Shown here piece after piece: positions 1-12,030 of a stretch of 64,000 bases of DNA. The stretch is from Dudresnaya verticillata (taxonomy: Eukaryota), in assembly GCA_977862235.1 (NCBI GenBank), contig OZ374559.1:3038001-3102000 (forward strand). The letters are read 5' to 3'. The notes under the pieces were generated by a model. It worked only from the letters and a program-made list of their open reading frames with translations. It did not search any database and had not been told where the DNA came from. The position numbers were made by a program, and so were the translations under genes. The first letter of the stretch is position 1; each line of letters begins with the position of its first letter.

Positions 1-861
1 ATCGGAAAGTGCCGATGGCAATGAACGGGCAGCCCAAAGGAGATACAACAGGGCGTCTTGTACGAGTCCAGCCCCTACTGCATCCCAGATATCTCGAGTT
101 ATATTGATAGCCGGTGATGAAGAAACAGTGCGTAAGCGGAGACTTATACACTACAACTCTGGTAACTGGGAAGCGTAGTGGTCCAAAAGACAGAATTGCG
201 GCCGACCATGCTTCTTCATCTCTAACATACCTTGAATGCTACCATTTAAGCCCCCTTGAAGGGGCTCCTTGTGAACCTTCCGAATAAATTGATGTTACCA
301 TATTGTTCCAGATCTTTGTACAGCGTATTTCCGATCCTGGGGAGGTACTGATTTTCTTCCAGCTAGAATGTATCGGCCGAGCAAAATTCTTGCGGTTGTT
401 TCTCTTGCGGGAATAGAGTTCTGATCAGAAGGGCGCGGCTGAAAGCATAGGTGTAGGTTGACGGGAGATGGCAGGTTCTGAAATGTAGATGGTTGTTCTC
501 AAGTTGCATGTTTTCTTTCTCAAACCCGAACACTGGTAGGTCTTATACTAATTCGGTATGGCGTAAACCCACTAAACAACGGCATCCTTACGGCAGATCT
601 GGGCCCAATAGCCGTTGTAGGACGCGTAGGATTGTAGACCTCAATTAATACCTCTAAACTTTGATAATTATTCAACGTACTTATGACGTCAGCAGCTATC
701 TTTCTGTTTGCTGGTCTCATCCGCAAGAAAGGCCACCGAGCTTTCTTTTGTACCCAGTACATTGATCCATCTTGCTGAATACATACTTGCTAAGGGCAAC
801 AGACGTCTGACTGTTGGTCTCATTCCAACTTGCCGACCCCATGCGGGGGTGGGAAGAGCAA

Positions 862-1232
862 AATGCGTGATGAGCGCCATGCTGCTTATGCTGATCTCCA
901 ACATCCGGTTGATCCACGTGACCAGCTGCGCATGTATATTTTCGCTGATGACCTTGGCTTTGCCCCGCATGCCCATGGCTTTGATGTCTCGGTCGTCAGC
1001 CCCCACTATATTCATGGCTCCATTCGTCGCGTTGCTAGCCGGGATACCGCGTCAAACGCTCTCATTACCGCCATGTGTGTGCTAGTTTGGATATGGTTCT
1101 CCATCCTATGGTTGTAGATGTCTATGCGCGTGTCGGATCCGGCTCTGAGCTTGGCGCCCAACGTATTGCTAATTTCATTGTCAGCAAGCGCTGGACCTCT
1201 CCGTCTACGGAGAAACTTCTCCTCACTACTCG
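862..1232 (+). mobile_element. Degenerate 3' fragment of CRE-like family A retrotransposon (endonuclease region)
   Basis: Close match to ~20570-20952 (RDERHAA...DPRDQLRM...GFDVSVVSP...PMVVDVY), with indels. Confidence 0.85.
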
Positions 1233-1570
1233 AGATGGAACAAGCCCTAGCACCCACGCCACATTCTGTCATCCAGGCGCGGGTCCTCGCCGAATGGAAG
1301 TCGGCCGTCGCAGGCCGGCGGTCTGCTCCGGTCCAAGATATATCGTCCCTACCCCCCGCGTTCAGGGACCGTAAGCTTGCGGTTCGGTGGCATCTTGGCA
1401 CCTTCCCAATTCCACCCTCCTGCGCAGTGACACGTTCAGAACTTCGGGAGCAAGCCGCAGTCCTTCAAAAATTGTCACACCCCGCGAACAGCCCCGCAGA
1501 CTTTACCGCTATCTCCACCGCCATTGAAAAAAGCTGCTACAGGGTCGAATGCAGGACGTATACCAGCTTT
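1233..1570 (+). mobile_element. 3' fragment of LINE family B
   Basis: Encodes AEWKSA...LAVRWHLGTFPIPP, homologous to the C-terminus of ORF 26009-26767. Confidence 0.75.
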
Positions 1571-2072
1571 CTCGCGCCCGCACATTGTCAAAGCAAGTGA
1601 TGGACAAACTGAGGGTCACCCAAGACCTTTAGTTTTCAAACAGTTTGTGGCGAGCCTTCTGCCACTGACAGAAGAAGTGACGACAGCCGAGCGTCAAACC
1701 AATTGGAGTGTCGAACCGAGAACTTCAATGAATGAAGGGCGGTTGAGATGACAAGGGTGAGCAATAAAAAGAGCTACAGTGAGGTCCCGAAAACTGCAAC
1801 CTATCGGGAGATGGGGTCCTGTTGCAATTAGCGGGAGGTTGCACTAGAGCGGGAGGTATCATAACTTCTTAGCATCTCTTTGTGCTCTTAATTTGTCCCG
1901 TCCTGTAGCTGCTGTACCGCACAGTACTGTATCGTACACGGTCAGTAGTGGTGAAAAGAGCTGTTTTGACGTTCTAAGCATATTCTTCGGACCTTTGCTC
2001 CAAACAGGATTTGCAGCAATCCTGTTTCTTAGTTACTTTTGGGCAGGAATCTTGAGCAAGCTGGACGAATGT

Positions 2073-2098
2073 TCTTTAATAAAGGTCTCTCTCTCGCT
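2073..2098 (+). mobile_element. 26-bp extreme 3' end of family A with a 12-bp TSD
   Basis: tctttaataaaggtctctctctcgct flanked by ctggacgaatgt at 2061-2072 and 2099-2110. Confidence 0.8.
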
Positions 2099-2169
2099 CT
2101 GGACGAATGTACCTCGCTTGAGTCTTGCTAAATTAAATATGGAAGCCGATCTGTGAGCCATCGTTTCCA

Positions 2170-3335
2170 GAAGCTTAAGGATAGATGAAGCGGAGTGGAG
2201 ACAGCAGATAACCTGGACCTCGTCAGTATGGATTGTAATTAGGCTTGCGCAAGAGAAAACCTGACGTTGATGGGAGCTGTGCGTCGCTGTGTGTCAACTT
2301 TCGCGGGCCGACTAGCACGGGCAAGTCGATGTGATCGGGAGCGAAGCCTGTTTATTAGCGGATCAAGCTGGATTGTCCTTCCAGCCTTTCGCGATTCGGT
2401 TGCGATTATTAGAGATAGAACCGCAACCCGGCAACTATTATGAGAGAGAGGGAGAGAGAGAGAGAGAGGGACCTTTATTAAAGAACAAGATAGAAGCCCC
2501 TTAAGGGGGCTTAGGAAGCAGAGCTGCCGTAAAGAGGCGGAGGAGCAATCTTGCGACGGTTGATACTCATCGCGACGCATTGGAGAACTAAAGAGAGTAA
2601 ACGAGTAGTGAGGCGAAGTTTCTCCGTAGACGGAGAGGTCCCACGCTTGCTGGCTTATGAGCCTTCCATGACAGTTGGCCATGTCACGTTTCAAGCCAGT
2701 AATGAAACGAGGGCTCAGACACCTTGGAATGCCTCCGCGGTGTAACAGACGTAAACGTAGCGACAGTGGATGAAGCGCGAGAGCAAACAGAAGCATTATC
2801 AATTGGCCTTTTTTCTGAGTGTCTCTCCGGTTTCTGATGACATGGAGTCCAAAAGAAAGCAATGGCGAGGTTATAAATAGGAAATGCCCGAAGCGGGAAA
2901 TGCCCTGGTGCATGGTCAATAACAGTTTGAAGAATTAAAGAGCGTTCAATGGAGTTGAAGGCGTTCTCAGTATCAATCTTCAGTATTACAGATGGATCAG
3001 AAGATGGCGAGCAACATTCAGCGCCAATGAATATGCCCATGGGATTTACAATGGATTCGGTCGCGTTTGGGATGCCAACAGCTGGCTGATGCGGGAGTAA
3101 GTAGTTGAGAATGCTGGGGTTTGTGAAATCGCGGCCATTCAAAAGGAGAGGAACGAAACGGCAGATTATGCGCCCAATAGCTATAGGACATAGTGAGGAA
3201 GGGTCTTTCTCAAGAAAGAAAGTTCTTGGGCAGGAGCAGAAGAAGAGCTCTAGAAAACCAACACGGGTATCGACGGGTAGAACGCCGGCGGCACATTTGT
3301 GGACGAAAGCAGTGAGTGCTTAAAAGCACCACGAG
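2170..3335 (-). mobile_element. Old degenerate CRE-like RT remnant
   Basis: Broken frames give NYLLPHQPAVGIPNATESI, KIDTENAFNSIER and MLLFALALHPL, matching ORF2 at 30718. Boundaries approximate. Confidence 0.75.
2445..2654 (-). mobile_element. 5'-truncated family A copy nested in the older remnant
   Basis: Reverse complement of ~20900-21095 including hairpin and (GA)n tail; TSD ttatgag at 2438-2444 and 2655-2661. Confidence 0.85.
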
Positions 3336-3382
3336 GGTGGGCTGAGAGCCTTGAAGTTGTGATGGTGATGATGAGTCTCAGC

Positions 3383-4190
3383 CAGGGCTGTCGGGACAGT
3401 AATTGCAATAGCAATATATAGCAATATATAGCAATGCACAATAGCAACCGCACATTTTGTTATTGAATGCAAATTGCAGTTCATGTTGTAGGGACATAGT
3501 ACATTGCAAAACCTATAGGGGTTGAGTAGTAATATTGGAAGCCCTGTTGTTAAGTGCAGTATACGAGACGCATATGTGCGGTTTTGTGGGCGAGCAGCAT
3601 CTGTAGTGTTGGATCCCGAGAATACAGCGTTTTCTAGCCCCCGTGCTGAAATTAGATTGCTGTCAAGAAAGTGACGTCCCCCGTCGCTGAAAAGCTTGTT
3701 CTATTAACGTCCCTTACTACGCTTATTCTTCAATGCGTTGCAGTTTGCGTGAATCGCCGCAACCTATCCCCTCCTTCTGCTATGTGTCCTGGTATTGAGA
3801 CCCTTTCCCAGGGTTGCTCCTTAGATTAGAATAAAGGCGTGTACTTATCTTCCTCAAAATGAATGAACGGGTTTGGGACGCGTATCGTGTTTCTCAAGCC
3901 ATGCGAGCTGCTCGTTCTGCCCGTGTTGCTGCCAGACTTCAACAGCATATTTTGCAGGAAGAGCCTGGTAATTGAAGCTGTCATAATCACGTATATTGTT
4001 CCGTAGACGCATAAAACAACATCGCATTGCACAAAGGTATTACACGACGTAGGCATATATTGCAGATGTTATTGAGGAGTAATAGCGGCTATATTGCAAT
4101 ATATATTGCCGAAGGGGAGACCATTGGTGCAAGATATTGGTTATTGCATTTTTGGGAGCTATACTTCGCAATGTTATTGCTTGCAGACCT
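3383..4190. mobile_element. Putative MITE-like non-autonomous repeat, copy 1
   Basis: Non-coding, rich in attgc/gcaat motifs. Both ends are homologous (inverted) to 45509-46283 and 61685-62008. Degenerate termini cagggctg...cagacctg; no clear TSD. Confidence 0.55.
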
Positions 4191-7100
4191 GGCGTTAGGT
4201 CGCCCCGTCTACTCAGAAGGCTTTTCTGAACGGTCGAACTGGATTTCGTGTTTATGGCAGTGCGCTACTCGAAGTATATCATGTTCAGTATGAAATGTCT
4301 GTCATGCATAGTTACAGATTATGTACTCAATTCGCCTGTCAGCGCTCCTCCTCCTCGTCTACAAAGAATATACCGATACTGCCTAGCTGTACCCGAAGGG
4401 TACCCGCCAAGAACTCAGTATTTGCCTCCGTAGTCCACCCGCACTCCAATAGAAAGGAATTGAGCCATACTGTCCGGAAGATAGACATGATCAGTGAAGT
4501 CCACTGGACTTCACTCACTCCATGAAGGGAGCTTCGCCTGCTCGCAACTGCATCAAACGACCTGTGATTGGAAGGAGCGCCCCAAGAACGAAGAAAGATC
4601 AGGAATTATCTAAGGACTCGCGTCCTTTCTTCCTACGCGTGCAAAGACGAAATCCGTAATGACGCGATTGAATCGCTCGCCAGAAAAAACAGCACCAATC
4701 AACACAGCAAGAAAATGAACTTAGATCCGGGGCCAGAAAGTGGTGTACAGAAATCCCGTGTTTAGCTTTTCGTGGTCTGTTTATTAATAATATGAAGAGA
4801 AGAGCTTGCATTTTGAATCATTCAACAGGGCGACCAGGCTAATCTTCTCAGGGCTCGGGATGTTAAGATGCTCAACAGGTCTGCTACTGAAGAACTATAT
4901 CATATCTCTTCGCTCCTTGCCGTGGCCCGCAGCAATTGTAGGTGCGATAGCTGCTTACCAAAGAACGGTTTATTTTCCTGGCTGGATCTGCGGAGAACAG
5001 TTCCTCCACACCGCCGTCGGGATTCCTCCATGATGCGATCCTTTAAATATATTAGAGCACGAGCTCTCCCCTTGAGGAAACGAACACATTTATTACGAAA
5101 TGCCCTGATAACGAGCGGTGTAGACAGCCGACAGCAAATAGCGGACAAAGACGTCGGTTTGAATACCTTCATACCTTCATGTGATGTTGGCTTCTTGGTC
5201 GGAGGGTTAGCTTGTGTCTGTTGGCTTCTTTTTCGGATGAGTAGAGCAGCTACAGGACGGAAAGCATGTTTGAAACCGATGTGCACGTAGGGTCCCAAAT
5301 TTGCGTAGGTGGGTAGCAGGTACGAATTCGCGGATTAGTGCACGTTAGGTGCGTCCCGCAATGCAACCCAATTGAGTTATCCCTGACTCACTACGCTGTT
5401 GCGCTGTAGCATGAATCAGGAAAAGCACCTTATCTGTCAAAGCCGAGATTGAATTCTCGGGCGCGGCTCTTCTCGTAATGTACGACATCAATGTAAGTCC
5501 TTGTTTGTTCCTGTAGTCAGATAATACAGCTTACCTCTCTCCACTCTCTCCCAAGAGGCTAGAACAGTGCGCAATGGCTCCAACAAATAAAAATTGCGAG
5601 AAGCCTAGCGACGGGTAAAGGGGGTCGGTCCATGCGTTTCTTCGGAACACGTTCTGTGAACGGAAGCTTGTTTGCCGATGCTATGGCATTTGTTCTCATC
5701 ACAGGACGAAAAGCTCAGCTATATCGCATAAAGACACGGTATGCACACGAAGGCATTCTGGTCTTGAAGGTTTCGTCCCAACGAAGCGGACCAGATGCTC
5801 TCACGAGCGCGGGGTGCTGAGCCGTTTCCTGACGAGAATTTGGACGTTATAAAACCCAGCCTACAGGACCAGTGGTCCAATACGCGTTGCACCTTCTCGA
5901 ACCGCTCAATAATAAAAACCTCTCTTTCGTGCCTCGGAATACAATTCTTCGAATACATAGTACACAATAATCGTAGTAGCCCCTATGAACAAAGACGGTC
6001 GGAATGAATGAATGAATGAATGATGCAGTTTGGTCAAAAAGTTCTACTCAAGAATGGCCGTCCCCACGAGTATCGGTAATGCAGTCTTCGTTCAGAGGCG
6101 AACTTAAACTGCTGCGGACAGCTTTGGTACTTTTGTGATTCTAGATCTTCGTTGCAATTCGAAATGCTCGGGTGGTTAGGATGACGCCTTCGTGCATACT
6201 GTACAACGCGTCGTACGCTCGGAACTCTCGATATATCAATGTCCATAGTGGCAGTGACTATTACTGACGACTTTCCAGAGCTCGAACCACTGATTTGCGC
6301 ATTTACGCATTTGTGAATGAACTTCTGGGTAAGTTGTGGGCATCACCATCCGGATATTGCTTCTATTCAGAGCGCCTCGTCTTACACCTCCCACCCTTGG
6401 GGGCGGCAAGTTAGGTCAGGTTAGGTCACATCTCTTCTCTCTGAAAGATTACAGTTAGTCACTGCAAGTGCAAGTGACATAGAGGCGAATCACGCTCTGC
6501 CTGCCTAGCGTCTCACCTCACGATATATCCACAGTGTTAATGCGTCTTCTGTCTTCGCCATTGTTACATCTAGACCAGATGCAATCGACTCATCATCGAC
6601 GAAGCAAGGAAATAATTCGTTTTCGTTCCACAGTCTTCCGAACGGTAGTAGTTCTTATGATTTCCGTCAGGAGGATCCCGGAACACTGCATGAATGTCCT
6701 ACACCGACTGCTAAGCTGCAGTATATTCGTACAGCAACTGTATATCGTACCGTTTTGAATTTTCATACATTGTACAGCATGAGGCTTCCTAAAGAACCTG
6801 ACAAGGAGAACCCCATCCCGGTTTCTTGGGAAGAGCATCCGATTCTGCCCCAAGAGCGCTCCCTCGATCCCAAAAGGATATCTATTTCTCGTCTTTAACT
6901 CGTTTTGCTTCGTGTAAACAACTCGTTATGTTTTCCGTCCTCCCAGTAGAGCAAACCGTAGTGACCAGGCATGACCAAGCCCATCTGGGAAAATACTTCT
7001 AATATCACATGCGGAAAGAGGAACCGCACCAATCTTCTACCGACATTTGTGTCTCTTTGCAGTCATCGGCCCGACCAGATCCATTTTACACATAATTATA

Positions 7101-7567
7101 GAGCTTTGTATTCAATAAGACTCTCTTTGCGAAGAAGGGCTGCCGCGTTCGCACAGTTCGGATTCCACGTCTTACCAAAGCAAGCCGTGATTGTATTACT
7201 CCTCTTGGATCACACTACAAATTCCATGGCTAGCACAATCCCTGCAAAGCACTACAGGCTACAATGCAACTTGTGGGGAATTGTATAGGGAGCGAAGTTC
7301 GACTTTACAAAAGAAGTGGAATCTCGGACAGAGAAAGATATCTGATTGTGAAGACTCTCAATCACATGCGCAGCACTGAATGCTTCCCGCTAAGAGGCAT
7401 CTTGCCTCCCCTCTGTATATGAGCTGGACTCTTATCTCATCGGGAACCAGAATACCGGTATATAAGAACCCAATAGAAAAATCCGAAGAGCAATCCTTCC
7501 CGACCACGGACTCAGCAATATACCATCTTGGAAGTGCATTCAGCTTTGCTTCTCAGTACCTGCAACG

Positions 7568-8242
7568 ATGGTTACCGGAAGGGCGCTTGTCTTTTTCGCT
7601 CTGCTTTCCAGCTGTGTTGTGCTCGGCACTTCTGTTGCTGACGGGACGAGTGCGAAGAAGGAATCGAACCCAGCGAAGCTTGAAGGTTTGCCCAAGTCCA
7701 CCTTAAAGCTCGGGGCTGCCGATCACTCAATCTGTACCAAAGATGGATATTGTGGACATGCTACACCTTGCTGCGATGGGTATTTTTGTGGACCCAACAT
7801 TTATTGCACGAAGCGGTGCACAAAAACCGGATATTGCGGACATGGAGAAACATGCTGCGACGGGTACGTTTGTGGCTCCAACGGATACTGCAAGGAGGAG
7901 TGTACGACTGGATACTGCGGCCATGGGGAAAAATGCTGTGATGGATACTTCTGCGGGTCTGGTGGATACTGCAAAAAGAAATGCACGACTGGTTACTGCG
8001 GACATGGGGAGAAGTGTTGTGCTGGATATTCCTGTAGAAACAATGGGTATTGCAAAAAACGGTGCACGAAAGGGTACTGCGGGCACGGTGAGAAGTGCTG
8101 TAATGGGTATTTCTGTGGATCTGGGGGACGCTGCAAACGAAAGTGCTGGAAGAGGGCTTGTGGACATCCGGACCAGTGCTGCTCTGGATTCTACTGCAAT
8201 CGCAAGGGAATGTGTAGGAGGCAGAGGAGGAGGAAGCATTGA
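7568..8242 (+). CDS. Secreted cysteine-rich protein with six tandem knottin-like (C-C-CC-C-C) repeats
   Basis: ATG start, hydrophobic signal-peptide-like N-terminus, six ~27-aa repeats CTxGYCGHGEKCCxGYFCGSGGYC with synonymous codon variation between repeats, basic C-terminus. Confidence 0.85.
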   Translation: MVTGRALVFFALLSSCVVLGTSVADGTSAKKESNPAKLEGLPKSTLKLGAADHSICTKDGYCGHATPCCDGYFCGPNIYCTKRCTKTGYCGHGETCCDGYVCGSNGYCKEECTTGYCGHGEKCCDGYFCGSGGYCKKKCTTGYCGHGEKCCAGYSCRNNGYCKKRCTKGYCGHGEKCCNGYFCGSGGRCKRKCWKRACGHPDQCCSGFYCNRKGMCRRQRRRKH

Positions 8243-8956
8243 TACAAGGATTAGCGTAATTGGCGAGTAGATCAAGTAGAATTACAAATTGCTATCAAGA
8301 GCTAATAGCGTCGGAGATGAGAATGCTTGCTGTTGTTCATTCACTCCAGAGGAGGTTTTCAATTTAGCCAGATCTGGCTCTGCGTAACGCACAGAGCCAG
8401 ATCTGAATGGAAGAGGTTTCAATTAAAAAAGTCGATGCATTGATCCGGTACAACTCCTAACGGAACGGGTGTTGACGGAAGCTGCTTGTCTGCAAGGCTG
8501 GCCACCCTGCTGGACAGCTCGGCGGCTATTTCAACTGTCTTCGTCCACTGTAGGCTTTCCATTAGTGCACAACCGCTAGACTCCACGAGAGGTGAGCCTC
8601 ACTATCCAAGGCAGCTCTCTTAGGTCTCTCATGGGCGAGAGAACATACTCTCGGAAGTGAACAAAACCTTTGCTAAAAAGAATTAGTTTAGAATCCAGTA
8701 TGGTGGCCGAAAAATGGCAATAATGACAGAACAACCAGAACACATGCAAGAAAAACAACACTAAGAAGGCTATATTGTTTAGCAATGAGGGCCTTTGCTC
8801 TTGCAATAATATTTGAAGGCTATTGACGAACCGAGCCTGGCAAATAGGGTGGCCGACTAGCGTGGCAACAGAGTCTTCATAAAGAGCTATATTACAAAAG
8901 CCACCTTGTACTAGTCAAGGCTTCAGTCCTCTCTCTCATCCGCCCTTCGAACATTC

Positions 8957-8958
<2 letters not shown>

Positions 8959-9049
<91 letters not shown>

Positions 9050-9061
9050 CACACATACACA
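8959..9061. repeat. (CA)n microsatellite
   Basis: About 100 bp of almost perfect AC dinucleotide. Confidence 0.98.
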
Positions 9062-9994
9062 GGTAGACACTCTACAGACCAAAGCGACACATAGCGATTT
9101 GGTCTGGCCTCTCCAATGAAATATTCTGTCGCTTTAATTCCAGCTTTGCTAAGGTTGGTAACCCGGAAACAAAAGTAGAACTTTAGTGGTAGAAGTTTTA
9201 AAAGCGAATGCAATGTTTTCTCTACAGTGTGTTTGTTATACATTCAAAAGATGCTTTAAATATCTGCAATATGGCACTATGGACCTATCCGTGAGTTCAG
9301 CCGCAGGTTTCTCGTTCGCTTATATTTCTTCAGTGCAGACCTGCTCAGACGCCCGAACAGTACCGAGGCAAGAATTTTGGCTGCGTTCGTCATACATCAA
9401 TGTCTTTAGGCAGCAAAGCTCCTCGCATAAGCCAAACATAAAGATTCGAGCAAAGCAACAGCAGCCCTCAATTCTTTCGCAGCTCATCTGTGCAGATGTA
9501 TGGATGGATAATCGGAGTGCTATCTCTATGCGATATGTTTCTCGGTTGAAGACATATGTGATCTGATGGAAAAGAAATATTGAAAATGGCTCGCTTCGTT
9601 GCTTTAATATTAATCGTTTACCGTTCTCAAATGTGATCCGAGTCGGAGCGCAGGTCTTTGCCTCATACTACTGCAGCCTCTTTTTCGCCAAAGCGCAATA
9701 ACGAAACAGTACTGCAACACTAGAAAATGATAATATTGATTAGCAATAGACCCAAATCCGACAAAAGTATGCTTGGACTTGCGAGCAGGGCGCCTTTCCG
9801 CTGGGCGCGGGTAGTCGAGAAGAAAAGGCGGCGCAACGATGTGTTCGGTTTTGGAACAAGCCATTGGGCTTACACTCCAAGGACCCAATCATCCAATAAG
9901 GCGTCACCAGCAGTGCGAGATGCATTGCTGTGCGGCCATTCTCTGTAATGCAGATGTGATCGGATGGCGCGTGGAGTTGACGTTGAGCTGAGAG

Positions 9995-10038
9995 ATAAAG
10001 AGATGGGGACCTTTATGGTAGGGTTCGAAGGGCCCTAT
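9995..10038 (-). mobile_element. Tiny 3'-end insertion of CRE-like family A4
   Basis: Reverse complement of the terminus at ~56350-56390 (ccataaaggtccccatctct); tgagag repeated at 9989-9994 and 10039-10044. Confidence 0.65.
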
Positions 10039-10471
10039 TGAGAGCGAGCTCTGTCATGCTGCTAGAGCGATGTACATACACATTCTCGTGTACAGTATAC
10101 CACGGGCGAGTTACCGAAGCCGTGCAGAAGGCCCGTCCGCCGCTGCTCTTAAAGCCGTATGCGTAGTGGAGCACGCCGTCAATATACAAGCGGATAATCT
10201 GCCTACTGATTCAGCAGGAGCAGCCACACGGGTGATCGCCAGCGCAGGGGTCCGTGAGGCATCGCGCTTTCGGCTGGTCGCGGCACGCGTCTTCCGCGCC
10301 GCGGCGTTCGGTGAAAGTTGCCAGCCGGGTGAAGGCACGCTGTCAAGTGCACGAGCAGCTACTAGTGTGTCGGGTGCGCGTCTGCCCCCCACAGCAAAAT
10401 ATACTGGGACTAGGAGGGAAAAGAAACAAACGATAGGGGGTGCCGTCCATCTTCTCTGTGGCGGTGGTCGT

Positions 10472-11237
10472 TCCCCGATCCACGCCGAGGCACCTCTGTG
10501 TCACCTGCTATATGGGCTACCATGATCGACTTGCGTTTGGGCGCACCTGTATTTGCGCCAGATCTCCCTTGTTCTGCGTGTCTATCCGTTTCTGGGCGCG
10601 TGGTTTCTCTTGACCGTTTGGGGTATCATGCTTCGACATGTCCATGTGCCCATGGGTCCACTCGTCCACAATTCTATTAGGGATCTCCTTTTTTCTCGTC
10701 TCCGTCACCCATCTATCGGGCTTTCTGTCACGAGAGAGCAGTCCTTTCATCTACAGGACGATCTTCGACGATTGGACTTGGTGTTGGATGATCCCGCCTT
10801 TTCTGATTCATGCATTGGTTATGACCTTACTATTGTGACTCCCTCTACTGCTCGTGCTGTATCCAAGGCATCTGAAATTCCTGCAGGGGCCGCCCAAGTC
10901 GCTGAACGGGACAAGCATCGCAAGTATCGCACTGCTTGTGCAGCACATTGTATTACGTTTCAGCCGCTGGGATTCGACGTTCACGGAGGCATTGGCCCCG
11001 AATGCCGTAGCGCACTTCAAAAGCTCGCTTCTTTCCTGGCCACGCGCCGGGGAACAAATCCTACTACTGAATACCATTCGTTAGTTTCACCACTGGTTTC
11101 CCGCATTCTCCAGCTCACCGCCCTCGCCGTGAATCGTCGACGTCCCGTTAGTCCAGGCCTTCCAGTAGTTATCAGCGGCTAAGTCATTAGGGTTTCCGCT
11201 GTTCGTCTTGCTTCAATAAAGTTGTGATGATGATGAT
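10472..11237 (+). mobile_element. 5'-truncated CRE-like retrotransposon, family A3, with (TGA)n tail
   Basis: Zn knuckle (CSAC...GYHASTC), HNSIRD, RLDLV, YDLTIV, AERDKHRKY endonuclease motifs; TSD gtggtcgt at 10464-10471 and 11238-11245; empty site at ~48990-49005. Confidence 0.9.
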
Positions 11238-11664
11238 GTGGTCGTGGGTGCTGGTTGATGTAAAAAGGTGACTGCGAAGCGTGGTCGGTTGAAAGTGGTA
11301 CATACGGGCTGCAACAAGGACGAGATTCGTGTTCCGTTTTGCTATTTGTCGACAGGGAGATATTTTCCGAAGGCAGTATCATACGGCCATTAACAATAAT
11401 GGGTTAACGCGGAAACAATAACAAGAATGTTCAAGCCATCTTCTGACTCCACCTGGGTTCTATGTATAGCCTGCACCTTGGTACAATCTCAAATGTTCAA
11501 CAACCAGCCTTGTAAATATAGACAGGACACCGAGCTGAGCTTCGATGTCAATAGACAAGGACGAAATAGAAATCAGACACACTACCGGTAGTCAAGACGG
11601 CACGAGGCGAGGATCACAATGTTTGCATGGCCGCTCACCGCCTCGATCGTAGTATCCCTGCACC

Positions 11665-12030
11665 GTGGCTGGGACCCGGCCGGCCCCTGTCTACACTTCA
11701 ACACGCTTTGCGCCGGCCCTGCAATTGCAATGCACCGCTCATCGAATTCTCGCCATACGATGGCACTTAGGGACGTTCCCGATCCCTCCCCCCAACCCGG
11801 TAGCCGCCCACCGCGTCCGCCGCCTACGACCCCTATTGAATCTGCTGGCTCACCCAAACCCAACTCCCACCTCCCTCGCCCGCGTAGGCCAAGCAATTGA
11901 ACAAATCCGTCGCACGGGCCTCCAACATACTACATCCTCCGACGACCCCACCACAGCTCGATAGGGCCAGCTCTAGATACGCAGTGTGTTTGTCAATAGG
12001 CCGTTGACGCCGAGGCAAGTAAACTCTAAA
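11665..12030 (+). mobile_element. 3' fragment of LINE family B
   Basis: HRILAIRWHLGTFPIPP; near-identical to 28870-29230 and 49463-49830. Confidence 0.85.

Noticed and set aside
3354..3373. Possible micro-insertion of the A3 tail (aagttgtgatggtgatgatg)
   Set aside because: Too short and no convincing TSD.
7730..8220. CRISPR-like or non-coding tandem array
   Set aside because: Repeats vary at synonymous positions and keep one reading frame; they are protein repeats.
8923..9243. ORF with poly-(CV) tract
   Set aside because: Translation of the (CA)n microsatellite.
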